From Escherichia phage VEc74, in sequence record MT932213.1: a stretch of 64,000 nt of DNA, one strand, 5' to 3'. The notes under the pieces were generated by a model. It made no database searches and was not told the origin of the DNA. It worked only from the letters and a program-made list of their open reading frames with translations. Below, in pieces: positions 9,830-18,903 of the stretch (the stretch's first letter is position 1; each line of letters starts with the position of its first letter). A program made the translations under genes and the position numbers.

Positions 9830-11248
9830 TTATGGATAGGTATAGATGATACCAGTTTCTAAAGCAGTTTTATGAATGATGTATCCATTACGCGATTCTT
9901 GGACATCAACTTCTGGATAATCTTTCATCATCTTCTGAAGAGTGTAACGATGCAGGTAGTATTTACTATCTGGATCTTCAGTTTTCCAATCTTTACCTTC
10001 TTCAGTCATTTTTTGAATTTCATCCATAACCCACCAACCACACCAGATGTAAGCTGAGCTACGGTGTGGAAGAGGATGAACATAAGGTAATTCACCTTCT
10101 GGTTCTGGAGCAACTTTATCAGTTACCTGAACTTGACCTTCTGCCGTAATAGTTTTGCTATCATAATCAGCAGCAGTAACAGTTGCAGTAACTTCAATAG
10201 TTTGACTTCCAATAGATGAGGTATCAACGGTATATACATTAGTTGACCCTTCTACAGGAGAAGAATCTTTCTTCCATGAATATTCAATTTGCGCTTCTTC
10301 TGGAGCATCAGTGACATTAGCAGTAAATGTAGCCGAAGCATCTTGTTGAACGTTAATAGAAGGAGGAGTCAATGTAACCTGTGGATTCATTGTCTTCTTA
10401 TTAACCGTTAATGATACTTCATTAGAAGTAACTTCCTTTTCATTGTAATTTTCAGCAGTTACTTGAGCTACGCATTTAATTCTTTTTACTCCACTTGTAG
10501 TTGGAGTATAGTTAAATGTAGAGTTAGTTTCTCCACCAACTTGTGAATCATCTACATACCACTGATACGTAGCAGATGCTCCATCAGGTTGAGAAGCTAA
10601 GGCAGCAGTAAATTGAACTGGGGTTCCGATAACTCCCGCTGGAGGACTATCAGGAGTTACTGCCAAAGTAGTTGTCTGCTCCTTTTTATTAACAGTCAGT
10701 GATACTTCATTAGAAGTAACTTCTTTTGCATCATAATCTGTCGCGGTTACTTGAGCCACACACTTAATTGTTTTAACTCCGCTTGTGGTAGGAGTGTAAT
10801 TGAATGTAGCAGAAGTTGCTTCGCCCACAGGAGAACCGTCAACGTGCCATTGATACGTAGCAGATGCACCTGGTGGCTGCGAAGTTAAGGCAGCGGTAAA
10901 TTCAACAGCTGTTCCAATCACTCCAGCAGCAGGACTATCAGGAGTTACAGCTAAGGTGGTCGTTTGTGTCTTATTTTGAACTGTGATAGTTGTAGTAGCT
11001 TCTGCTGTTTCAGCATCAGTATCTGGGACTGGGTTTGTTGCAACTACTTTAATAGTCTTTTGACCGGCAGGTCCTTTTAGTACATAATTAAAAGTTGCTT
11101 CAGCTCCATCTTGTGGAACATCATCTACAGTCCAAGCATATGTAATAGGTCCATCTCCAGTTTGACCACTGGGTGTAGCAGTAAACTGCTGAGTCTGATC
11201 TATAACTCCAGTAGGTGTTTTAGGAGTTATATCAACTGTAAAAGCCAT
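9830..11248 (-). CDS. hoc: Highly immunogenic outer capsid protein Hoc, 4 Ig-like domains plus capsid-binding C-terminus
   Basis: 472 aa; N-terminus MAFTVDITPKTPTGVIDQTQQFTATPSGQTG and C-terminus ...YIIHKTALETGIIYTYP match T4 Hoc; two near-identical ~95-aa Ig-like units in tandem. Confidence 0.9.
   Translation of the reverse strand: MAFTVDITPKTPTGVIDQTQQFTATPSGQTGDGPITYAWTVDDVPQDGAEATFNYVLKGPAGQKTIKVVATNPVPDTDAETAEATTTITVQNKTQTTTLAVTPDSPAAGVIGTAVEFTAALTSQPPGASATYQWHVDGSPVGEATSATFNYTPTTSGVKTIKCVAQVTATDYDAKEVTSNEVSLTVNKKEQTTTLAVTPDSPPAGVIGTPVQFTAALASQPDGASATYQWYVDDSQVGGETNSTFNYTPTTSGVKRIKCVAQVTAENYNEKEVTSNEVSLTVNKKTMNPQVTLTPPSINVQQDASATFTANVTDAPEEAQIEYSWKKDSSPVEGSTNVYTVDTSSIGSQTIEVTATVTAADYDSKTITAEGQVQVTDKVAPEPEGELPYVHPLPHRSSAYIWCGWWVMDEIQKMTEEGKDWKTEDPDSKYYLHRYTLQKMMKDYPEVDVQESRNGYIIHKTALETGIIYTYP
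10390..10985 (-). repeat. Tandem ~300-bp intragenic repeat in hoc (two adjacent Ig-like domain units)
   Basis: Two consecutive ~297-bp units with long identical runs, e.g. gatacttcattagaagtaacttc and ttacttgagc in both. Confidence 0.75.
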
Positions 11249-11257
11249 AAGTTATCC

Positions 11258-11938
11258 TTATTTTAATGTTACGAAAGAAGAATTGCGTGTTTCACGAATT
11301 AAAACTGATCCGTCACGGTTAATGTAATAAATTAAGCTAAATAAAGTTTGGTGTGCTGACGCATGCTCAAAACTTGTTGGGTGAGATTTCCAATCCGGAG
11401 TTTCAGCGATCCATTGATAAATCCACCAAGGAACAGTGCAGAATCCTGGATTTTTTCCAATCAGCTGAAGATTCGGACTAAAGTTTTCCGGAAGAGTAAA
11501 TACAGACGGCTTTTCAGATTCAATAATCTCAGCTACAGCCTGTTCGAATTTTTCTTCAACAAAAGGAGTATCTTCAATCAAAACATCGGTATTTTCAGGA
11601 ATTTTATCCGTTTCTACTACTTCAATTTTAATGTCAGATTTAACTGGAGAATCAATCAGAAGTACTGCTTCTGGATTGACTTCTTCATCGTCATATTTTA
11701 ATCCCTCTGCGGCATCAGCAGCATCAATTAAGTCTTTAATAGATAACCCATCAGTCTCTGGCATAGGTTCACTAGCGAGCTTCTGGAGGGCTTCTTCAAT
11801 ATCAACAACGATATTATCAAAAGATTTATTCTTTTTGACCTTTATACCAAACTGTTCAGCATATTCAGCTAATTTAGCTTTAGCTTCTTTATTATCATCA
11901 AGAGCCTTCAGCTCTGCAATATAATCTTTATCTATCAT
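11258..11938 (-). CDS. inh: Inhibitor of prohead protease (Inh)
   Basis: 226 aa, acidic, position between hoc and segE as in T4. Confidence 0.7.
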   Translation of the reverse strand: MIDKDYIAELKALDDNKEAKAKLAEYAEQFGIKVKKNKSFDNIVVDIEEALQKLASEPMPETDGLSIKDLIDAADAAEGLKYDDEEVNPEAVLLIDSPVKSDIKIEVVETDKIPENTDVLIEDTPFVEEKFEQAVAEIIESEKPSVFTLPENFSPNLQLIGKNPGFCTVPWWIYQWIAETPDWKSHPTSFEHASAHQTLFSLIYYINRDGSVLIRETRNSSFVTLK

Positions 11939-11987
11939 AATATTTCCTCAGTATAAATATAGATATATTTATTACTCGGAAAATAGT

Positions 11988-12605
11988 ATGTACCACTTTG
12001 TATATGAAACAACAAATCTAATAAACGGTAAAAAGTATATAGGAAAACACTCTACTGATGACTTGAATGATGGTTACCTTGGTTCCGGTAAGGCAATTCA
12101 GCAGGCTATAAAGAAATATGGTGAAAACAATTTCTCTAGAACAATACTAAAAGAGTTTAAAACTTCCGAAGAAGCGTACATGTATGAAGAAGAAATTATA
12201 ACTCCTGAAATAATAAAAAGCAAAAATTATTATAATATGAAACCTGGTGGAATTGGTGGAATTGTTATGACTACAGAGGTTATAGCAAAGATGAAAGAAT
12301 CTTCCGCTAAGAGATTTGAAAACTCACCGGGCACGGTATTAGGTACAACTTGTTACACTAATGGAACTAAAAATATTTTTATTAAACCTGGAGAACTTGT
12401 TCCAGAAGGATTTGTAAAAGGAATGGTTCATCCTAATAGAAAGTCCAGAAAAGGATGTAAAGTCAAACCGACTACCACAGGAACTTTTTGGGTCAATAAC
12501 GGTGCAATAAATAAATTAATACAACCAGACGGTATTATTCCCGACGGATTTATTAAAGGTCGTCTCATGAAAAGAGATTCTAAAGGCAAATTTAGTAAGG
12601 CATAA
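11988..12605 (+). CDS. segE: GIY-YIG homing endonuclease SegE
   Basis: 205 aa; N-terminal YHFVYETTNLINGKKYIGKH...YLGSG is a GIY-YIG motif; position between inh and uvsW as in T4. Confidence 0.88.
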   Translation: MYHFVYETTNLINGKKYIGKHSTDDLNDGYLGSGKAIQQAIKKYGENNFSRTILKEFKTSEEAYMYEEEIITPEIIKSKNYYNMKPGGIGGIVMTTEVIAKMKESSAKRFENSPGTVLGTTCYTNGTKNIFIKPGELVPEGFVKGMVHPNRKSRKGCKVKPTTTGTFWVNNGAINKLIQPDGIIPDGFIKGRLMKRDSKGKFSKA

Positions 12606-12607
12606 TT

Positions 12608-14116
12608 ATGGATATTAAAGTACATTTTCACGACTTCAGCCATGTACGCATCGATTGTGAAGAGAGCACGTTCCACGAATTAAGAGATTTCTTTTCGTTT
12701 GAGGCCGATGGATATAGGTTTAATCCTCGCTTCAGATATGGCAACTGGGATGGACGAATCCGTCTTTTAGATTATAATCGTCTTCTTCCATTCGGCTTAG
12801 TCGGGCAAATTAAAAAGTTCTGTGATAATTTTGGCTATAAAGCCTGGATTGACCCGCAAATTAACGAAAAAGAAGAATTATCAAGAAAAGATTTTGATGA
12901 ATGGCTTTCTAAATTAGAAATCTATTCAGGAAATAAAAGAATTGAACCGCACTGGTATCAAAAAGATGCAGTGTTCGAAGGATTAGTTAATCGTCGTAGA
13001 ATTCTTAATCTTCCAACATCTGCAGGTAAATCTTTAATTCAAGCTTTGCTTGCGCGATATTATTTGGAAAATTATGAAGGTAAAATTCTTATCATTGTTC
13101 CAACAACTGCTCTGACAACTCAGATGGCTGATGACTTCGTTGACTATCGTTTATTCAGTCATGCAATGATAAAGAAAATTGGCGGCGGAGCATCAAAAGA
13201 TGATAAATATAAAAATGATGCACCAGTCGTTGTTGGTACATGGCAAACTGTAGTTAAACAACCAAAAGAATGGTTCTCACAGTTTGGAATGATGATGAAT
13301 GATGAATGCCATCTTGCTACAGGAAAAAGTATTTCATCTATCATATCAGGTTTAAACAACTGCATGTTTAAATTTGGTCTATCAGGTTCATTACGTGATG
13401 GCAAAGCCAATATCATGCAGTATGTTGGAATGTTTGGTGAAATATTTAAACCAGTAACGACTTCTAAATTAATGGAAGATGGACAAGTAACTGAGCTAAA
13501 AATTAATAGTATTTTTCTTCGCTATCCCGATGAGTTCACTACTAAATTAAAGGGAAAAACTTACCAAGAAGAAATAAAAATTATTACTGGGCTTAGTAAA
13601 AGAAATAAATGGATCGCTAAATTAGCTATTAAGCTTGCGCAAAAAGATGAAAACACTTTTGTCATGTTTAAACATGTATCACATGGTAAAGCTATTTTCG
13701 ATTTAATTAAAAATGAATACGATAAAGTTTATTACGTATCAGGGGAAGTTGATACCGAAACCCGCAATATAATGAAAACCTTAGCTGAAAATGGTAAAGG
13801 AATAATTATAGTAGCTAGTTATGGTGTATTTTCTACTGGTATTTCAGTTAAAAATCTGCATCACGTTGTTTTAGCGCACGGTGTTAAATCAAAAATCATT
13901 GTATTACAAACAATCGGTCGTGTATTACGTAAGCATGGTTCTAAGACAATAGCAACCGTCTGGGACCTCATAGATGATTGTGGTGTTAAGCCAAAATCTG
14001 CTAATACGAAAAAGAAATATGTTCATTTGAATTATCTTTTAAAACACGGCATTGATCGTATTCAGCGCTACGCAGATGAAAAATTTAATTACGTAATGAA
14101 AACAGTTAATTTATAA
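12608..14116 (+). CDS. uvsW: UvsW DNA/RNA helicase
   Basis: 502 aa; superfamily 2 helicase features (Walker A region LPTSAGKS, DECH box); T4 UvsW size and synteny. Confidence 0.92.
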   Translation: MDIKVHFHDFSHVRIDCEESTFHELRDFFSFEADGYRFNPRFRYGNWDGRIRLLDYNRLLPFGLVGQIKKFCDNFGYKAWIDPQINEKEELSRKDFDEWLSKLEIYSGNKRIEPHWYQKDAVFEGLVNRRRILNLPTSAGKSLIQALLARYYLENYEGKILIIVPTTALTTQMADDFVDYRLFSHAMIKKIGGGASKDDKYKNDAPVVVGTWQTVVKQPKEWFSQFGMMMNDECHLATGKSISSIISGLNNCMFKFGLSGSLRDGKANIMQYVGMFGEIFKPVTTSKLMEDGQVTELKINSIFLRYPDEFTTKLKGKTYQEEIKIITGLSKRNKWIAKLAIKLAQKDENTFVMFKHVSHGKAIFDLIKNEYDKVYYVSGEVDTETRNIMKTLAENGKGIIIVASYGVFSTGISVKNLHHVVLAHGVKSKIIVLQTIGRVLRKHGSKTIATVWDLIDDCGVKPKSANTKKKYVHLNYLLKHGIDRIQRYADEKFNYVMKTVNL

Positions 14117-14128
14117 GGGCTTCGGCCC
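14117..14128 (+). terminator. GGGC-UUCG-GCCC hairpin after uvsW
   Basis: Short stem, UUCG loop, immediately after uvsW stop. Confidence 0.4.
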
Positions 14129-14141
14129 TTTGGAGAAAAAG

Positions 14142-14372
14142 ATGTTACTAGAATTTAAACAATTTCTTTATGAAGCTTCTATTGATGAATTTATGGGTAA
14201 AATTGCCTCTTGTCAAACATTAGAAGGTTTAGAAGAACTTGAAGCTTATTATAAGAAAAGAGTCAAAGAAACTGAATTAAAAGATACTGATGACATCTCT
14301 GTGAGAGATGCTTTGGCAGGAAAAAGAGCTGAATTAGAAGATTCAGACGATGAAGTAGAAGAAAGCTTTTAA
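14142..14372 (+). CDS. uvsW.1: UvsW.1 small acidic protein
   Basis: ATG at 14142 preceded by GGAG; track ORF 14130 is an extension across the upstream hairpin. Confidence 0.7.
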   Translation: MLLEFKQFLYEASIDEFMGKIASCQTLEGLEELEAYYKKRVKETELKDTDDISVRDALAGKRAELEDSDDEVEESF

Positions 14373-14427
14373 ATTAAAAAAGGCCCAACCAAAAAGGAAG
14401 GGCCAAAACTATAGACTAAAGGTCACA

Positions 14428-14595
14428 CTATAGCAAAAGTTGTGTTTCATTTAATTGTTCTTCCGAACTTTCTGAAACTGGTAGTTCTTTAATGTAATTA
14501 TAGCAAGGCCCAGGATGTACAGGACCTTTGTCTGTTTCAACAACCAATGCAGAATCGATTGGAGTTTTACAGACAACACAAATCTTATCTGACAT
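14428..14595 (-). CDS. Small hypothetical protein (uvsY.-2-like), ~55 aa with CxxC
   Basis: Hand-translated minus-strand ORF MSDKICVVCKTPIDSALVVETDKGPVHPGPCYNY...; preceded by minus-strand TATAAATA late-promoter motif at ~14621-14628; below ORF-track length cutoff. Confidence 0.35.
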   Translation of the reverse strand: MSDKICVVCKTPIDSALVVETDKGPVHPGPCYNYIKELPVSESSEEQLNETQLLL

Positions 14596-14620
14596 GATTG
14601 TCTCCTCTGAATTATATATC

Positions 14621-14628
14621 TATTTATA
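14621..14628 (-). promoter_or_regulatory. Late promoter motif (TATAAATA on minus strand)
   Basis: Forward-strand TATTTATA upstream of small ORF 14428..14595. Confidence 0.4.
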
Positions 14629-14718
14629 ACCCCATCTTAAAACGCATTTCTTGTACACGCTTTAAACATGCTTCCATTTCTGCTAAAAGTCTAAATACTT
14701 CTTTATAATTTGTCATAT

Positions 14719-14946
14719 TTACCCCATATCTCTCATATGCATATCAATGCCCATATCTTTAGAATAAAAATATTCATCAAGATATCCGGCAAATTTTCCT
14801 TTAATATAAAGGACATCTTCACCACACGGGTGGTCGGCCAGGATACGAATATCCTGACGCTTGAGATTATACTTTTTCATTAAGAATTGAATTTCCGTTT
14901 CAAATTCTTCTTCATAATTAAAAGCATCATCAATGCTATATCTCAT
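14719..14946 (-). CDS. Hypothetical protein (uvsY.-1-like)
   Basis: 75-aa ORF immediately downstream of uvsY, start overlaps uvsY stop. Confidence 0.55.
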   Translation of the reverse strand: MRYSIDDAFNYEEEFETEIQFLMKKYNLKRQDIRILADHPCGEDVLYIKGKFAGYLDEYFYSKDMGIDMHMRDMG

Positions 14947-15359
14947 TATTTTCCAGCCTCAAATGCTCGCATGTCTTGAATATGCTTAATAGCAAATCCA
15001 CGTGATTTAATAGCATCAAGAGCTCCGCTACAGAAATCTAATAAAATCCCCCAATACTGTAACGAGGTATCAACCTTTAAAACATCCTTATCAGCTGATA
15101 GAACTGTCTTCATTTCTGATTTCTCGTAACGATCCATACTAAATTCATCACCATCTCCTCGTCCCGAGTAGTAGTCTAATTTAGCTTTAAGAGCAACTTT
15201 TTTCTGTGCTTCAATTCTAAGCATTTCCTTTTTAATACTTGAATGCTTATTAAGCCATTTACTATATAACATCACATTATTAGCTGCTTCATATTGTAAT
15301 TTAGTCGAATCTATAAACACATCTTTCTTCAATTCTTCTTGAAGATCTTCTAATTTCAT
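14946..15359 (-). CDS. uvsY: UvsY recombination mediator protein
   Basis: 137 aa, MKLEDLQEELKKDVFIDSTKLQYEAANNVMLYSKWLNKH... matches T4 UvsY. Confidence 0.95.
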   Translation of the reverse strand: MKLEDLQEELKKDVFIDSTKLQYEAANNVMLYSKWLNKHSSIKKEMLRIEAQKKVALKAKLDYYSGRGDGDEFSMDRYEKSEMKTVLSADKDVLKVDTSLQYWGILLDFCSGALDAIKSRGFAIKHIQDMRAFEAGK

Positions 15360-15399
15360 ACTGTTCTCTATTCAATTGTTATTGGATGGACTTAGATTC

Positions 15400-15427
15400 A
15401 TTATACCACGTTTATACGTGAAGCATT
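15400..15427 (-). promoter_or_regulatory. Putative MotA-dependent middle promoter for uvsY
   Basis: On minus strand: AATGCTTCA (MotA box) - 12 nt - GTATAAT, ~40 nt upstream of uvsY ATG. Confidence 0.5.
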
Positions 15428-15824
15428 ATACTCTATTACTGGAAGCCAGTTGCAGTTTTATCTGCTCAATATCATCAGGGTTATCAATGACCGAAAAGCG
15501 TATTTCTACTATCAGAGTATAATCATCATAAACCGGTATTACATTAACTGCTAATTTATCAATACGTGGCTCATAGTTTCTTACTGCGCTTTCGATATTG
15601 CGCTCGACTGTGTCAGCAGTAAGAGGAGTCATATTTTCAAAAAGCTGGTCTGATAAATCACATCCAAATTCAGGGTCAAACGGTCTTGAACCTTTTCTTG
15701 TTGTAATAATTCCCAAAAGACTGTTTTTAATTGACCTTAATCCAAGCGATCTGGAAACGTCTTTGTTCCAATCCATTTTCATTTCCGGGTCAATATCAGA
15801 ATAAAGCTTATTAATATTTGCCAT
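15426..15824 (-). CDS. 25: Baseplate wedge protein gp25
   Basis: 132 aa, [54 protein letters not shown] matches T4 gp25. Confidence 0.95.
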   Translation of the reverse strand: MANINKLYSDIDPEMKMDWNKDVSRSLGLRSIKNSLLGIITTRKGSRPFDPEFGCDLSDQLFENMTPLTADTVERNIESAVRNYEPRIDKLAVNVIPVYDDYTLIVEIRFSVIDNPDDIEQIKLQLASSNRV

Positions 15825-16450
15825 TATAGTAACTCAAAGAACTCTTTGAGGCCTCTTATTACGTGAGCATGGGTTTTTCCACACTCTGGACACTTAATTG
15901 GAACAGCCAAATAAACGGTAGGCTTTAAAAGCATATCTTTTATAGCTACAATATCTGACTCTGTGATGATAGAATATAAATCTTCTAGTTCCTTTTCATT
16001 TAAGTCTTCAACTGGAATGCTTTCCCCGTTAGCATGAATCGTTTCTATGCATGATACTATCATGTGGGCTATATTTTTATCATCAAAAATTTTAGGGTAT
16101 CGGAATTTAATTTTAATGTCACCCAGTGTATACCAGAGGTCTTCTGGTGCATCTATTTGTGTATGTAATAGATTTATATGGGTTGGTATTTCAGTTCCAC
16201 AGGTGCACTTCCAGGAGTTTTCGTGATTAACTTCACCGAGAGAATGTGCCCATAAATGAATCAACAATAGTTCTGATTCTTGGCGGTTTAAATCTTTTGC
16301 ATTTGTGCAGTCTTTGATTAGCTTTTTAACAATTACTTCTACGGAACCATTATTTTTGGCAGTAATAAGTTCTAGATATTCTTTAAGCGTGAATGCGCGA
16401 CAATTGATTATTTTAGAACCAACTCTCACGTCAAATTTGTATTCATACAT
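15824..16450 (-). CDS. 26: Baseplate hub protein gp26
   Basis: 208 aa, T4 size and synteny. Confidence 0.85.
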   Translation of the reverse strand: MYEYKFDVRVGSKIINCRAFTLKEYLELITAKNNGSVEVIVKKLIKDCTNAKDLNRQESELLLIHLWAHSLGEVNHENSWKCTCGTEIPTHINLLHTQIDAPEDLWYTLGDIKIKFRYPKIFDDKNIAHMIVSCIETIHANGESIPVEDLNEKELEDLYSIITESDIVAIKDMLLKPTVYLAVPIKCPECGKTHAHVIRGLKEFFELL

Positions 16451-16471
16451 ATTTAGCTCCTTTATTTATCA

Positions 16472-16483
16472 TATTTATAAATA
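16472..16483. promoter_or_regulatory. Overlapping divergent late promoters for gene 26 (minus) and gene 51 (plus)
   Basis: Forward TATTTATA (16472-16479) overlaps TATAAATA (16476-16483) in the 50-bp divergent intergenic region. Confidence 0.55.
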
Positions 16484-16500
16484 GAATAAAAGGAGCATCT

Positions 16501-17250
16501 ATGGCAAACATTATTCGTTGTAAATTACCAGATGGTGTTCATCGTTTTAAACCATTTACGGTAGAAGATTATCGAGATTTTTTGTTAGTTCGAAACGATA
16601 TAGAACATCGGTCACCACAAGAACAAAAAGAAATAATTACTGATTTAATTGATGATTATTTTGGAGACTATCCGAAGACTTGGCAACCATTTATATTTTT
16701 GCAGGTATTTGTAGGGTCGATAGGTAAAACTAAAGTACCGGTCACATTTGTATGTCCAAAATGTAAAAAAGAAAAGACAGTTCCATTTGAAATATACCAA
16801 AAAGAATTAAAGGAACCTGTTTTTGATGTAGCTAATGTTAAAATTAAATTAAAGTTTCCTTCTGAGTTTTATGAAAATAAAGCAAAGATGATTACTGAAA
16901 ATATTCATTCTGTTCAAGTAGATGAAATTTGGTATGATTGGAAGGAAATTAGTGAATCAAGCCAAATAGAACTTGTTGATGCCATCGAGATAGAAACATT
17001 AGAAAAAATTCTCGATGCAATGAATCCTATTAATTTAACTCTACATATGTCATGTTGTAATAAGTACATTAAAAAATACACTGATATAGTAGACGTGTTT
17101 AAGCTATTAGTTAACCCGGATGAGATATTTACTTTTTATCAAATTAATCACACACTCGTAAAAAGTAATTATAGCTTAAATTCAATAATGAAAATGATTC
17201 CTGCCGAGCGCGGATTCGTATTAAAACTGATTGAGAAGGATAAACAATAA
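16501..17250 (+). CDS. 51: Baseplate hub assembly protein gp51
   Basis: 249 aa, T4 size and synteny, divergent from gene 26. Confidence 0.85.
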   Translation: MANIIRCKLPDGVHRFKPFTVEDYRDFLLVRNDIEHRSPQEQKEIITDLIDDYFGDYPKTWQPFIFLQVFVGSIGKTKVPVTFVCPKCKKEKTVPFEIYQKELKEPVFDVANVKIKLKFPSEFYENKAKMITENIHSVQVDEIWYDWKEISESSQIELVDAIEIETLEKILDAMNPINLTLHMSCCNKYIKKYTDIVDVFKLLVNPDEIFTFYQINHTLVKSNYSLNSIMKMIPAERGFVLKLIEKDKQ

Positions 17251-18425
17251 TGAGTATGTTGCAACGCCCCGGATATCCAAATCTCAGCGTTAAATTATTT
17301 GATAGCTACGACGCTTGGAGTAATAATAGATTTGTTGAATTAGCTGCTACTATTACCACATTAACTATGCGGGATTCTCTTTATGGCCGAAATGAAGGAA
17401 TGCTGCAGTTTTATGATTCTAAAAACATCCATACAAAAATGGATGGAAATGAAATAATTCAGATTTCTGTAGCTAATGCAAATGATATTAATAATGTTAA
17501 AACACGAATTTATGGATGTAAGCATTTTTCCGTGTCAGTAGATTCAAAAGGTGATAACATCATTGCTATTGAATTAGGAACTATTCATTCTATAGAAAAT
17601 CTTAAATTCGGTAGACCATTTTTCCCTGATGCAGGTGAATCTATAAAGGAAATGCTTGGCGTCATTTATCAGGATCGCACATTATTAACTCCAGCAATAA
17701 ATGCTATAAATGCTTATGTTCCTGATATTCCATGGACTAGCACATTTGAAAACTATTTGTCATATGTAAGAGAAGTTGCTCTAGCTGTAGGAAGCGACAA
17801 ATTTGTATTTGTATGGCAAGACATCATGGGAGTTAACATGATGGACTATGATATGATGATAAATCAAGAACCATATCCAATGATTGTCGGTGAGCCATCT
17901 TTAATAGGTCAATTTGTCCAAGAATTAAAATATCCATTAGCATATGATTTCGTTTGGTTGACTAAATCGAATCCTCACAAACGTGACCCAATGAAAAATG
18001 CTACTATCTATGCTCATTCATTTTTAGATTCTTCACTGCCAATGATTACTACAGGAAAGGGTGAAAACTCTATTGTAGTGTCAAGGTCAGGTGCTTATTC
18101 TGAAATGACTTATAGGAATGGATATGAAGAAGCTATTCGTCTTCAAACTATGGCACAATATGACGGCTATGCTAAATGTTCTACTGTCGGTAATTTTAAC
18201 TTGACTCCTGGTGTTAAAATTATTTTTAATGATAGTAAAAACCAATTTAAAACAGAATTTTACGTTGATGAAGTTATCCATGAATTATCCAATAATAATT
18301 CAGTAACTCATCTATATATGTTCACTAATGCAACGAAACTGGAAACAATAGACCCAGTTAAGGTTAAAAATGAATTTAAATCTGATACTACCACTGAAGA
18401 AAGTAGTTCTTCCAATAAGCAATAA
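17250..18425 (+). CDS. 27: Baseplate hub protein gp27
   Basis: 391 aa, T4 size and synteny. Confidence 0.9.
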   Translation: MSMLQRPGYPNLSVKLFDSYDAWSNNRFVELAATITTLTMRDSLYGRNEGMLQFYDSKNIHTKMDGNEIIQISVANANDINNVKTRIYGCKHFSVSVDSKGDNIIAIELGTIHSIENLKFGRPFFPDAGESIKEMLGVIYQDRTLLTPAINAINAYVPDIPWTSTFENYLSYVREVALAVGSDKFVFVWQDIMGVNMMDYDMMINQEPYPMIVGEPSLIGQFVQELKYPLAYDFVWLTKSNPHKRDPMKNATIYAHSFLDSSLPMITTGKGENSIVVSRSGAYSEMTYRNGYEEAIRLQTMAQYDGYAKCSTVGNFNLTPGVKIIFNDSKNQFKTEFYVDEVIHELSNNNSVTHLYMFTNATKLETIDPVKVKNEFKSDTTTEESSSSNKQ

Positions 18426-18903
18426 AGAAGTTTCTATTCCTAAAATGGGTCTTAAACATTATAACATTTTAAAAGATGTTAAAGGTCCTGATGAAAATTT
18501 AAAACTTCTTATTGATTCTATTTGTCCGAATTTATCACCGGCAGAAGTTGATTTCGTTTCTATTCATTTATTGGAATTTAATGGAAAGATTAAATCTCGT
18601 AAAGAAATAGATGGTTATACTTATGACATTAATGATGTTTATGTGTGCCAAAGATTAGAATTTCAATACCAAGGAAATACATTTTATTTTAGACCTCCTG
18701 GAAAATTTGAACAATTTTTAACGGTGAGCGATATGTTATCTAAATGCTTACTTAGGGTCAACGATGAAGTTAAAGAAATTAATTTTCTTGAGATGCCAGC
18801 ATTCGTTTTAAAATGGGCAAATGATATTTTTACAACTTTAGCAATTCCTGGCCCTAATGGTCCAATAACTGGAATTGGCAATATTATTGGATTATTTGAA
18901 TGA
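18370..18903 (+). CDS. 28: Baseplate hub distal subunit gp28
   Basis: 177 aa; start overlaps gene 27 end by ~56 nt. Confidence 0.8.
   Translation: MNLNLILPLKKVVLPISNKEVSIPKMGLKHYNILKDVKGPDENLKLLIDSICPNLSPAEVDFVSIHLLEFNGKIKSRKEIDGYTYDINDVYVCQRLEFQYQGNTFYFRPPGKFEQFLTVSDMLSKCLLRVNDEVKEINFLEMPAFVLKWANDIFTTLAIPGPNGPITGIGNIIGLFE

Noticed and set aside
14624-14716. Possible 30-aa minus-strand ORF (MTNYKEVFRLLAEMEACLKRVQEMRFKMGL)
   Set aside because: Too short to call from sequence alone; mentioned only as part of the small-ORF finding.
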